DNA of 64,000 bases. Source: an archaeon (GTDB lineage Archaea; B1Sed10-29; WALL01). The stretch's first letter is position 1. Every line of letters starts with the position of its first letter. Under the pieces are notes generated by a model. The model did no database searches, was not told the DNA's origin, and saw only the letters and a program-made list of their open reading frames with translations. Made by a program: the position numbers and the translations under genes. The stretch lies in NCBI GenBank assembly GCA_042584585.1, contig JBHOSQ010000001.1, positions 32,001 through 96,000 of the forward strand. The letters run 5' to 3'. This document shows, one piece after another, positions 36,250 through 45,320 of the stretch.

Positions 36250-38615
36250 TACTTTGCCACCCCTCCATCAATCCCGTCGATGTAAACGTCGCGGGGGCCC
36301 TTCGCGGAAGCGAAAGAAGCGTGGTAGACCGGGCGGTACACAAACGAAATGTCGCGAATCTTTACCTCGCCGAAAACAGTGGGGATGTCGGCGACGGATT
36401 CCTTCGCCACGCGCGGCGTCGGAACAAACCCGCTCGCCTCGCCCATCACAAACCGCGACTCAAGTGTAGTGTACTCAGGAGTGTTAATCGCCTGCGGCAA
36501 GTCAAACTGCTGCTTCAATGTATACGTGCGGGCGCGGCCGTCGTCCACCGCCACAAGCAACCCGTCCTCAGCCAAGTCCTCCGCGTTCGTGCGCGCGGTC
36601 GTCTCGGTAATGTTCGCGACGCTCGCGATTCCCTTCGCGCTCGCCTGCTTGCCCTTCCGCAAAGCAACAATTATCTTGCGCTTGCTCTTGTTCATCGCGG
36701 CCAAAGCCCCAACCCCCTTGGTCGAAGCCATCCCGCTCTTGCCAACGCTCAACAACTCGCCGTTCATGCCGTCAACAAAACAAACCGAGCGCTTGAACCC
36801 AGTGCCCTGGTAATAATCATAGTCCACCTTGTAAATCGGCCAGTACTCCAGGCGGAAGTCCTTAAGCGCCTCATCCTCGCCGAACAATCCGAAGAGCTTG
36901 GCCTTGCGCTGCTTCAGCGCACGCGCCTTCGCGCGCTCCTCGTCCAACTCGGCCTTGAACACCAACAAGTTCTCGCCGCTCACTGCCTCAGGAATCGGCT
37001 CATCCTCCTGGACCTCTTCCGCTGCAACCGTCTCCTGCTCCAGGATTTCCTTGAGCACAAGCTGCTCGTTGTCAACGTCCGCCTCCCCAATCGCCTTCAC
37101 GACTTTTTTCGCGGATACTTTCGTGCCGTAGCGCTTGTTGATGGTGCGGGCCAACTGGTCAATCTTCGACAAGTTCACGCGGCCGAAGTCCACCAACTGC
37201 TTCTTCACCATCTTGATTACTAATCCCTCGACCTGCTCTTCCGACAATGTTTCCTCGAAGTCAACGCTTCGGGTCTCACGCCCCTCGTGCTGCGAGAACC
37301 GCGGGCGCAAGTGAGCCGCGAACACGCGGTTCGTGTGGTCGCTCCTGTCGCCAATCAAGCAGTGGCCGATTGGAAGAGTCTTGATGAACCGAGAAGAATA
37401 CTCCTTCGGAATGTCGGCGGGCATTCTCTTGAACACGGCTTTGATGTCGTCGTCAAAAGTCAATTTGTGGCACACCAACAAGTCCAGCTGCGACAAGACT
37501 TTGGTGTCCAACGCGGACGGCTGCTGCGTAGCCATCACCAAAGAACAGCCGGGCCGGCGGCCCTGCTTCACGTATTCAATCATGGCGTCGCTGGCCGCGG
37601 TCTTTTGCGAGCCAGACGGAATGAGCGTGTGTGCCTCGTCAATGAACAGCCACGTCGGCGGAATCCCTGTCTCGAGCACTTCTTCCATGGAAACCGCGAG
37701 CCGCTTCATCGCGCTCTTGCGCGTGGCGAGCTTGCGCGCGTTAAGGATTTTTCGCGCGAGGAGGCCGATGACGAGCGCGTTCACTTTTTCGTCGAGGAAC
37801 GAAACGTCGATGACCGAGACTTTTCCCTCTTGGCACAAGTCAACGAGCGGAGTTCCGTTCGCCGAAAAGATTCCCCACGACTTTGCCGACTCGAAACGGG
37901 ATGTGAGGGCCCTTCTGGAATCGCTCTTGAATCCCTTTGCCTTCGAGACCAGTTCGGCATCAGCGTTAAGGCAGTTGATTATTTCTTCAAGCCCGTAGTC
38001 CGGGTTCGGGTTCACGTGCTTGTTTTCGGTTGTCTTGTAGCCGTTGAACACTTTCTCAAGGGCTTTTTCCAGGAGAAGCCCGGTGGGGGAGAAGCGGTCG
38101 ATGTCAAAAGTGATGCACCAGTCGTCGACGTTTAGGTCGGCGGGGCGCAGTGCGTAAGTCTTGTCGTAAGTGTCTTTCGGCAGGGTGTTGCGGACGCCGT
38201 ACGGGACGAACACCCTGGTTTCCGCGACGCCGCGGGGCGCGAGGCCCATGCGAATCAATTCGTCGAGCTCGGTTTCTTCCTGGTTCGGGTACTTCATGGA
38301 CCAGTAGATGCCGATGGGGTCGATTATGACTACTGCGACGTTCGGGTTTTTGTAAATCAGTTCTTCGGCGATAACGCCGAGTGTGTATGACTTGCCGGAG
38401 CCTTTGGCACCGCACACGAACACGGTGTGGGGCATCAAGGCGTCCAAATAGATGAATTCGCCGTATTTTTCCTGCTCGGCGACTTTGCCCAGTAACAAGG
38501 CGCCTTCGCGGCCGTACTTGCGGTGCAGGGACTGTGAGCGGCCGACGAACACGCTGCGTCCTGCGGCGTCCTCGAGGGCGTCAAGGCCCATATTCACGCG
38601 TGGCTTGAACTCCAT
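36249..38615 (-). CDS. HerA/FtsK-superfamily (DUF87) ATPase with C-terminal wHTH and duplicated YxPxY...DGxxG domain
   Basis: Walker A GAKGSGKS, IIDPIG, Walker B LFIDEAH, QGRRPG, ATQQPS; start ATG 38615 with TATA ~26 nt upstream. Confidence 0.9.
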   Translation of the reverse strand: MEFKPRVNMGLDALEDAAGRSVFVGRSQSLHRKYGREGALLLGKVAEQEKYGEFIYLDALMPHTVFVCGAKGSGKSYTLGVIAEELIYKNPNVAVVIIDPIGIYWSMKYPNQEETELDELIRMGLAPRGVAETRVFVPYGVRNTLPKDTYDKTYALRPADLNVDDWCITFDIDRFSPTGLLLEKALEKVFNGYKTTENKHVNPNPDYGLEEIINCLNADAELVSKAKGFKSDSRRALTSRFESAKSWGIFSANGTPLVDLCQEGKVSVIDVSFLDEKVNALVIGLLARKILNARKLATRKSAMKRLAVSMEEVLETGIPPTWLFIDEAHTLIPSGSQKTAASDAMIEYVKQGRRPGCSLVMATQQPSALDTKVLSQLDLLVCHKLTFDDDIKAVFKRMPADIPKEYSSRFIKTLPIGHCLIGDRSDHTNRVFAAHLRPRFSQHEGRETRSVDFEETLSEEQVEGLVIKMVKKQLVDFGRVNLSKIDQLARTINKRYGTKVSAKKVVKAIGEADVDNEQLVLKEILEQETVAAEEVQEDEPIPEAVSGENLLVFKAELDEERAKARALKQRKAKLFGLFGEDEALKDFRLEYWPIYKVDYDYYQGTGFKRSVCFVDGMNGELLSVGKSGMASTKGVGALAAMNKSKRKIIVALRKGKQASAKGIASVANITETTARTNAEDLAEDGLLVAVDDGRARTYTLKQQFDLPQAINTPEYTTLESRFVMGEASGFVPTPRVAKESVADIPTVFGEVKIRDISFVYRPVYHASFASAKGPRDVYIDGIDGGVAK

Positions 38616-38719
38616 GTAGTAGCTAGTTACGGCGGGAGGGTATAAATAGGTAATGAAAAATAGGAGTCCGGGGCGCAGACCGACTTCAATCGGCAAGGGC
38701 CCCGAACAGGTACCTGTTG

Positions 38720-39106
38720 TTATTCTGAAGCCTTTTCGGCTTCTGCGGGAGCCTCTTCCTTGGGCTCCTCGACGGGAGCCTTTTTCTTGGGCTCCTTGGC
38801 GGGTGCCTCTGCAGCGGGCTCCGCCTCGGCTACTTCGGTTGACTCAGCAGCCAGTTCCTTTGCCGTCTCTTTGATGGTCTTCGTGGTTGAAGCCATTTGG
38901 CTGATGGCGTCGGCGAGCTGTTGGGGCAGGTTGTTCTCGTCCGGGAAGCCAATGCCACTCTTGTAGCGCTTGTTCCCGTTCGGGAGGAAGTACCCCTTGG
39001 ACAGCGAGATGAACTCGTTGCCCTCAATCTCTTTTCGTGCAACTTCCAGGAAGTTGTTGTTTCCGTATTTTATTTCAGTCGACTTTATAGTTGTGTATTC
39101 AACCAT
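38720..39106 (-). CDS. PC4/Whirly-like ssDNA-binding protein with acidic low-complexity tail
   Basis: NNFLEVARKE...EFISLSKGYF...KRYKSGIGFP resembles PC4 (DIR.WY...KGISL). Confidence 0.65.
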   Translation of the reverse strand: MVEYTTIKSTEIKYGNNNFLEVARKEIEGNEFISLSKGYFLPNGNKRYKSGIGFPDENNLPQQLADAISQMASTTKTIKETAKELAAESTEVAEAEPAAEAPAKEPKKKAPVEEPKEEAPAEAEKASE

Positions 39107-39195
39107 TTCTAACACCTGGTGTGGTTGTGCCCATGATTCTAGTGAAAAAGTATAAAAAGATAACCTTATATTCTCGGCAATGAATAACTTCCGAT

Positions 39196-40212
39196 ATGTC
39201 CATTTTCGACAAGAAGGTTGTATTGATTCGGGACGAGCAGCCGTTACTGGAGTACTTCATTCCCGAGAACGTGTCGCGCCGCGACGGCCAGAAGCAGGAA
39301 TTGGCTGAGTGCCTTAGGCCTGTGACCGTGAACCGGAAGCCACGGAACGCGTTTTTGTACGGGCCCTGCGGCACGGGAAAGACATTGATGGTTCAGTGGA
39401 TGCTCCGGGAACTGGAGGGGCGCACCTCACGCGCGAGGACGGCTTATGTCAATTGCTGGAAGCGGAACACGACGCACGCCGCGCTCACCGAAATACTGAG
39501 CCAACTCGACATTTATGTTAACTACCGGCAGGCCGCGACTGACCTGCTGAAATTGCTGGAGAAAGAGGCGGCGAAGAAACAGGTCGTTGTTTGCCTGGAC
39601 GAAGTCGACTCGATGGAGACGAGTGAGTTGCTGTACGACCTAAGCCGCTCGGGCATCGGAATGGTGATGATATCGAACGACGCGTACGCAATGATGGACA
39701 TTGACCCGAGGATTAAGAGCTCGGTCAACGCGGAAGGCATCGAGTTCCCGGCGTACACGGACGAAGAAGTGCTTGATATTGTGAAGGAGCGCGCGAAGTA
39801 CGGAATTGTTCCCGGCGCGGTCAGGGAAAACGACTTGAAGATGATTGCGCGCCTGGCCGACGGCGACGCGCGGATTGCGATTGAAACGCTGAGGCGCGCG
39901 GCGCTTGTGGCAGAGGACAAGGAGCAAACCAAAATCACTTCGAGCGAGGTCAAGAAAGCGTTCGGCAGCACGGGAATGCTGCGGAAGGACGAGGCCTTGA
40001 AAAAGCTGAACGAGCACGAGAAGGTTTTGTATTCGCTGATGGAGAAACAAAAAAACGTGAGCACAAAAGAGTTGTGGGAGAAGTACGTCAAGGCGGACAA
40101 AAAGCCGGCGAGCCAAAGGAGCTACCGGAATTACATGAACCACTTGGCACGGATTGGTTTGATTAGGGCTAGGGGAGAATTGACTGGGAGAGAATACGAG
40201 CTAGTCGAGTGA
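39196..40212 (+). CDS. cdc6: Orc1/Cdc6 family replication initiator
   Basis: IPE....RDGQ, GPCGTGKT, YVNCW, LDEVD, RIKS, FPAYT, GDARIAI, C-terminal wHTH. Confidence 0.92.
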   Translation: MSIFDKKVVLIRDEQPLLEYFIPENVSRRDGQKQELAECLRPVTVNRKPRNAFLYGPCGTGKTLMVQWMLRELEGRTSRARTAYVNCWKRNTTHAALTEILSQLDIYVNYRQAATDLLKLLEKEAAKKQVVVCLDEVDSMETSELLYDLSRSGIGMVMISNDAYAMMDIDPRIKSSVNAEGIEFPAYTDEEVLDIVKERAKYGIVPGAVRENDLKMIARLADGDARIAIETLRRAALVAEDKEQTKITSSEVKKAFGSTGMLRKDEALKKLNEHEKVLYSLMEKQKNVSTKELWEKYVKADKKPASQRSYRNYMNHLARIGLIRARGELTGREYELVE

Positions 40213-40935
40213 CGGCACGTGCCCGTCCACGGGCGGCAACTGCTCTTCGACGGGGGGCAATTCCTCGTCGACGGGTGGCAGAATGTTGATGTAGCTGTTG
40301 TGCTTTTCTTCTTTTGTTTCGCTTTGGTGCATCCATCCAGTCATCGCCTGGATTACGCGGGTGCTGTCCCACGCGAACGGTTCGTCCTTGTCGTTGTCCA
40401 TGAGCAGGTTAAGGTGCAGGCCCTTCCCCGGGTCATGCTCCTGGACGAAGTTAAAATAAAACACGTAGCTCGCGCCGAACAGGCACACGATGACCGCGGA
40501 GAACCAGAAAAAGAACCACGACTTTTGGCTGGAGTTCATCACGATGAAGCCAGTTAAGGCGCTGGTGTCCTCCACCGGTGTTGCTGTGGAGACGACCGAT
40601 GCCACCTCTGGGGCTTCGGGAACAGAGACGTCGTGCACCACGACGTATTCGTTGTATCCGTCGGCTGTCGCACGGAACGCATAGTATTCGCCCGCCTCAG
40701 GCGTAAGGAAAAAGTGTGTGCTTCCGTCGTCGCCGGTCACTCCCTTCTTCAGGAAGCCGTTGTGGGTGTGGACCTCGACTAGCGCGCCGGCCAGCGGTGC
40801 GCCGGTGTCGGCGTCAGTGAGTGCGATTACGTAGCCCTGTTCCTCGCCAGCGACTAGTGTGGGCGAGTGCTCGACAGCGATGAGACTCGCCGAAGCTGCT
40901 ACTAGCATGAGCACGAAAAGGAACACCTGCTTCAT
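40201..40935 (-). CDS. Single-pass membrane protein (signal peptide, Ig/carboxypeptidase-regulatory-like domain, LPPV repeat tail)
   Basis: DADTGAPLAGALV...TGDDG...ATADGY; TM helix; LPPVDEE-LPPVEEQ-LPPVDG. Confidence 0.75.
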   Translation of the reverse strand: MKQVFLFVLMLVAASASLIAVEHSPTLVAGEEQGYVIALTDADTGAPLAGALVEVHTHNGFLKKGVTGDDGSTHFFLTPEAGEYYAFRATADGYNEYVVVHDVSVPEAPEVASVVSTATPVEDTSALTGFIVMNSSQKSWFFFWFSAVIVCLFGASYVFYFNFVQEHDPGKGLHLNLLMDNDKDEPFAWDSTRVIQAMTGWMHQSETKEEKHNSYINILPPVDEELPPVEEQLPPVDGHVPSLD

Positions 40936-41024
40936 AGTACTCACTGTAGAGTTACAACACACAGTATATAAAAAGTTTTTGCTTAAACGGGCTGTTTAAC
41001 GGGGAATTCCGCTCAAAACCAGTT

Positions 41025-41876
41025 CTACGGTACAAAGTGCTCTTTAATCTGGTCGCGGTGGTGGCTTTTTTCGCACGGCTTGCACCTGACCCAGTCATCG
41101 TCGTGGGTTGCATTCATAAACGTCCCGCAGTCCGGGCACGGATAACTGGTCTTCATCCCCCTCTCCAACTCTTTGGGCGCTTTTTTCGTCTTCCCCTTTT
41201 CCTTGAGCTCGGGGAATATCTTTTTGCGGTTTTCCATCATGTGCGAGGCAAGCTTGGGTGGGTCCATCTTGTCCTTTAATTGTTCCCGGGTCAGGGTCAG
41301 CGGGAGTGCCTGTGCCTCTTCGTTGAAGACGCCGTTGCCCTTGATGATGCCCACAGCCATACTCATCATCGGGTCCATCGCCATGTTGGGGTCGTGTATT
41401 GAGCGCGTGAACTCTTCCACTACGGTTCTTACGGCTAGCCCCAAATCAAACGTGAGCGGAAGGCCCCTCTCCACTCTTTTGTTCACGTGGACGTGGGCAA
41501 GTATCTTCGCGGTGCGCCTATCCATCCCCGCTCGGTCCTCGTCCCTTCCGTCTCTGTGGATTGCGGCGGCGAGATAGTGTGTGACGCTCTCAGGCGTCTT
41601 ATCATTGAATTCGTGGACTAGTTTGTCGGCAACCGGCTGCAACTCAAAGTCAAGCGGGAGATCGTTATCGATTACGTCTTTCAAGTGCATGTGGGCGAGC
41701 AGTTTCGCCACGTAAGAGTCCACCCTCTCCCCTTTCCTGATTTCCACTGCGAGCTTGTTTTTGAGTATGTCAACTTGCCTCTTGAGCTTGGCGTCTTCCA
41801 GCTTGTTGGCCCGAGCCTCTTCTTTTTCTTTTGCTTGGGCCTCTTCCAGCTCTTCGGCCTCGCTCTTGCGCGCCAT
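41025..41876 (-). CDS. Orphan with internal duplication and C-terminal Zn ribbon
   Basis: AKLLAHMHL...LPLDFEL and AKILAHVHV...LPLTFDL; CPDC...CKPC. Confidence 0.72.
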   Translation of the reverse strand: MARKSEAEELEEAQAKEKEEARANKLEDAKLKRQVDILKNKLAVEIRKGERVDSYVAKLLAHMHLKDVIDNDLPLDFELQPVADKLVHEFNDKTPESVTHYLAAAIHRDGRDEDRAGMDRRTAKILAHVHVNKRVERGLPLTFDLGLAVRTVVEEFTRSIHDPNMAMDPMMSMAVGIIKGNGVFNEEAQALPLTLTREQLKDKMDPPKLASHMMENRKKIFPELKEKGKTKKAPKELERGMKTSYPCPDCGTFMNATHDDDWVRCKPCEKSHHRDQIKEHFVP

Positions 41877-41917
41877 GGCAATAATTAGGGATTCAACAGA
41901 TAAAAGCGTGTCGGCTC

Positions 41918-42082
41918 CTAAAGGATGTACGACATCAAGGCCTCGGCGACCAAAAAGAACACGGCGATTCCGAGCACGAGCTCGGGCGTAATCTGAAGCC
42001 CGCCGCCGTCAGTATCAAAGTATCGCATGAGCCCCGCGGAACTCATTGGGCCACTGACCGGCTCTCCTTTGTTGACTTTCAT
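41918..42082 (-). CDS. secG: Preprotein translocase subunit Sec61beta (SecG)
   Basis: 54 aa ORF absent from the ORF track: MKVNKGEPVSGPMSSAGLMRYFDTDGGGLQITPELVLGIAVFFLVAEALMSYIL. Confidence 0.92.
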   Translation of the reverse strand: MKVNKGEPVSGPMSSAGLMRYFDTDGGGLQITPELVLGIAVFFLVAEALMSYIL

Positions 42083-42106
42083 AGGAACCACCTTTGCACT
42101 ATTGCA

Positions 42107-43816
42107 CTATTTAAAGATTCTCCTGAGCTGGAAGCCATGCTTCTTCGAAATATAGGCAAACCCGCCGAGAATCAACAGCAGGACTATGCCCGCGACCACC
42201 ACAAGGAACACCAACGCCCCCACAATCAGCCACATCGTCGTGTCCATCTCAATGTAAGGCAGCCACCCAACGCCGCCCTTGAACCCCACAAAGTAAGTCA
42301 CCGTCCCGTTCACCTCGGTCTTGTAGACCTTGGCGACTCCCTTCAGCTGCTCATCCGGAGAAATCCCCAGCTCCGTCGCCACAGCCTCCTCCACAAAAAT
42401 GTACCTGGCCTCACAATCAGTCACGCCAGCCGCACAAAACGACACGTTGCCGTCAAGCGTCTTGTTCGCCAAAACAAACTGGTCCTCAAGGTCCTTCGCA
42501 GTGTAAATCCCCGCCGACAAGTCAAGCTCCGCCGTCGCCGGCACGCCCTCCTCAGAAGACTCAATCAAGGCAACAAGCGCGTCAAGCCCCTCCTGCTCTT
42601 CCTCGGTCAGCAAGCGGTAAAGCGAGCACTCGTGCGTGCACCCGTGCTCCTCGTCAACGCCCATAACGCCGTCGCACTCCTCCGCGCCGACCACAAGGTT
42701 GTCCCCGCAAATCGTGGACATGGTCTTGCAGTCCGAAGAGCACGCGAACCCAGTGACCGTCGCGTTGCCGTCACACACCTCGTCCGCGACAATCATGTTG
42801 TCACCGCACACCGGCAGTTCCTCGGCACAAGTCGACGAGCAAGTGAACCCAGTCGTCACAATCGAGCCGTCACACAATTCGTCGCCGACCAAAATGTTGT
42901 CGCCGCAAGTGTTCTTGAGGTTGCACGACGAAGTGCACGTCCAGCCCACACTGACGCCGTCTTCGACGTCACACTCCTCACTCCCCTCCATGATGCCGTC
43001 GCCGCAGTACACCGGCTTGGCTATGCGGGTGTATGCCCCGCCGTCGTAGTCGTAAATGTAGTCAATCGGCAGCGGAATGGTCTCGCTCGTGACCATGCGG
43101 AAGTTCTTAATCTCCCACGTGTACGGGTAGTCCGCGAACGCGTCCACCGCCATAAGCATCAAAGTCGTCTTGTTCGTGTTGCACTCTCCGCCGTCCATGT
43201 TCAAACGGATTTTTTTCCAGCCGTCGTCCTGGAACGCCTCCGCAGTAACCTCATTCACCTTGACCGCGCTGCCGAAGCTCTGGGCGTCATAAACCCAGCC
43301 CGCCGCGTTTTCTTCCGACGAGCAGTAAAACCCATACGCGTTCTCGGGGTCGCCCATCCAGTTGCACTCCATGTGCATGTGGCACAGCGAGCGCTTCTTG
43401 TCGTAAAATGATAATGAAGTGACACTAATCGGGATGTCGGTCATGGTCGCCTCGTTGTAGTCGTACGCGAAAGCGAACAGGTTCGGGCCGTCGTTGTCCG
43501 TCTGTTCCCCGCTGCCGAAGTTATGGTTGTAGTCCAGGTCAACCCCCGGCGCGTTCACGCGCACGTCGAACTCAAGGTCGTAGCTCGCGGTCGTCGGGGT
43601 GTCAAACACAGTGGTTAGCTTCCAGAACGCGCGTGACTTGGCCGAAGAGTCCAGGGTCAGGCGCAGCTCGCCGTCATAGTTGAGCGTGGGAGTGATTTCG
43701 TCCGGCCCCGAGCCGAATATGTTGGACGAATATATCCACGTGCCCTCCGTCAAGTCGCTTTCAGCTGCCAAAGCCATGGCAGACAGCAACAATACAGCGA
43801 GAAGAATCCTTTTCAT
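42107..43816 (-). CDS. Cell-surface protein with four Cys-rich (DUF4215-like) repeats and C-terminal TM anchor
   Basis: Signal peptide; CGD(G/N)....E.CD....C...C four times; TM helix plus basic tail. Confidence 0.82.
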   Translation of the reverse strand: MKRILLAVLLLSAMALAAESDLTEGTWIYSSNIFGSGPDEITPTLNYDGELRLTLDSSAKSRAFWKLTTVFDTPTTASYDLEFDVRVNAPGVDLDYNHNFGSGEQTDNDGPNLFAFAYDYNEATMTDIPISVTSLSFYDKKRSLCHMHMECNWMGDPENAYGFYCSSEENAAGWVYDAQSFGSAVKVNEVTAEAFQDDGWKKIRLNMDGGECNTNKTTLMLMAVDAFADYPYTWEIKNFRMVTSETIPLPIDYIYDYDGGAYTRIAKPVYCGDGIMEGSEECDVEDGVSVGWTCTSSCNLKNTCGDNILVGDELCDGSIVTTGFTCSSTCAEELPVCGDNMIVADEVCDGNATVTGFACSSDCKTMSTICGDNLVVGAEECDGVMGVDEEHGCTHECSLYRLLTEEEQEGLDALVALIESSEEGVPATAELDLSAGIYTAKDLEDQFVLANKTLDGNVSFCAAGVTDCEARYIFVEEAVATELGISPDEQLKGVAKVYKTEVNGTVTYFVGFKGGVGWLPYIEMDTTMWLIVGALVFLVVVAGIVLLLILGGFAYISKKHGFQLRRIFK

Positions 43817-43894
43817 TACAACACACCCGCGGTTCAATACACTAACTATATATAAATGGCTTGCGGAAAAGTAGTACGAGGGTTCGAAACGAAC

Positions 43895-43955
43895 GGCTTG
43901 GGCCACGCCATCATCGGCCTATGGGGGGGTGCCAATTGGCACCCCCCAAGTCCTT
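43895..43955. repeat. REP-like palindrome family A, copy 2
   Basis: ggcttggg..cgcca...ggcct.tgggggggtgccaattggcaccccccaagtcctt. Confidence 0.75.
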
Positions 43956-44001
43956 GCCTTTGGCGGCGGTACCCCACACGAGGCATAACAAGGTGACAAA
44001 A

Positions 44002-45285
44002 ATGAGGGCAATATTTCTTTGTGGCGGAATCGGCAAGCGAATGATGCCGATTACCAAGGACAAGGGCCTGCTTAGCTTCTGCGGAAAAGAATTGGTCCTG
44101 CGGCAGCTCGAGCTCGCCGAAAAGCACACCAAGGGAAAGCCCGTGCTCATCTGCTCGCCGCTCAACATCGACGAAATAAAAGAACTGGTCGGGACCGGAG
44201 CAGAATACGTAATCCAGAAAGAACCCAAGGGAATGGCCGACGCAGTTTTGTCGGCAAAGAAGTTCCTGAAGGGAGAAATAGTCATAATCGCGGCGAACGA
44301 CGTTTTCGGCGAACGCGCTTACGAGTCAATCGCAAAGGCCAAGGGCGACGCCGCCCTGCTCGCGGTGAAGGTAAAGAAATACTTCCCCGGCGGATACCTC
44401 GTGACGAAGGGGAACAAGGTCACGGGCATCATGGAAAAGCCGGGCGAGGGCAGCGAGCCCAGCGACCTGGTCAACGTCGTGTTCCACAAGTACAAAAAAG
44501 GCGAGGAATTAGTGAAGTGCCTTGAGTTCGCGTCCAGCAGCAAGGACGACGTCTACGAAGTAGCGCTCACGAAAATGTGTGGCGAAAAAGAAGTCGTTGC
44601 AGTGCCGTACACCGGTTACTGGGGCGCGATCAAGTACCCGTTCCACATCCTCGGCGTGATGGGCCACTTTTTGTCCGAGATGAAGCCAATGGTTTCGCCG
44701 AAGGCGGAAATCGCGAAAAGCGCGGTGATAAAAGGCAACTCGATTGTCGAGGCCGGGGCGCGCGTGTTCGAGAACGCAGTGGTCAAGGACTCGTACATCG
44801 GCAGGGACGTGATTGTGGCGAACAACGCGTTGGTGCGCGACAGCCACATCGGAGAAAAAAGCGTGGTCGGTTTTTCCACGGAGGTCGCGAGGAGCTACGT
44901 TGGAAGCAACGTGTGGTTCCACAACAATTACGTGGGCGACTCCGTTGTTATGGATAATACTATGTTCGGGTCCGGGTGCGTGACCGCGAACTTCCGGTTC
45001 GACGAAAAAGAAGTGTACATGGAAATCAATGGCGAAAAAGTGGGCACCGGGTCGAACAAGTTCGGGTGCATTGTCGGCGCCAATTGTAAGACCGGAATCA
45101 ACGCCAGCATTTACCCTGGAATCAAAATCGGGGAGCGGTGCTTCCTTGGGCCGGGCGTGGTGCTGCGGGAGAGCGTCGAGCCGAACACGGTGATTCTTTT
45201 GGCGCAGCAGTGGCAGAAGAGGAAGCAGCGCGACGAGCTCGACCCCAGCATGAAGCTGAAGCTCATGAAGCGGCTAAAAAAATAA
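44002..45285 (+). CDS. Bifunctional sugar-1-phosphate nucleotidylyltransferase/acetyltransferase (GlmU-like)
   Basis: MRAIFLCGGIGKRMMP..KDK, QKEPKGMADA, EKP, hexapeptide repeats, YVGDSV, TANFRFD. Confidence 0.9.
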   Translation: MRAIFLCGGIGKRMMPITKDKGLLSFCGKELVLRQLELAEKHTKGKPVLICSPLNIDEIKELVGTGAEYVIQKEPKGMADAVLSAKKFLKGEIVIIAANDVFGERAYESIAKAKGDAALLAVKVKKYFPGGYLVTKGNKVTGIMEKPGEGSEPSDLVNVVFHKYKKGEELVKCLEFASSSKDDVYEVALTKMCGEKEVVAVPYTGYWGAIKYPFHILGVMGHFLSEMKPMVSPKAEIAKSAVIKGNSIVEAGARVFENAVVKDSYIGRDVIVANNALVRDSHIGEKSVVGFSTEVARSYVGSNVWFHNNYVGDSVVMDNTMFGSGCVTANFRFDEKEVYMEINGEKVGTGSNKFGCIVGANCKTGINASIYPGIKIGERCFLGPGVVLRESVEPNTVILLAQQWQKRKQRDELDPSMKLKLMKRLKK

Positions 45286-45320
45286 ATACTAGGGATGAGT
45301 AGTTAGGGTTAGGTGTGTTC

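Noticed and set aside
27265-39106. Provirus or integrative element inserted at tRNA-Arg
   Set aside because: No integrase, capsid or transposase gene, and I found no duplicated tRNA 3' end (att) in the window
39107-39195. Replication origin next to cdc6 (ttctagtgaaaa at 39137-39148 resembles an ORB core)
   Set aside because: Single imperfect match, no G-string, and only an 89-bp gap occupied by two promoters; at most an autoregulatory mini-ORB
42137-43411. Long antisense ORFs (also 7671-8507, 36321-37223, 37287-38135)
   Set aside because: Shadow frames of GC-rich genes with no recognisable motifs
43861-44001. N-terminal extension of the nucleotidyltransferase
   Set aside because: It is a translation of the palindromic repeat; the family motif begins at ATG 44002 with a GGTGA SD
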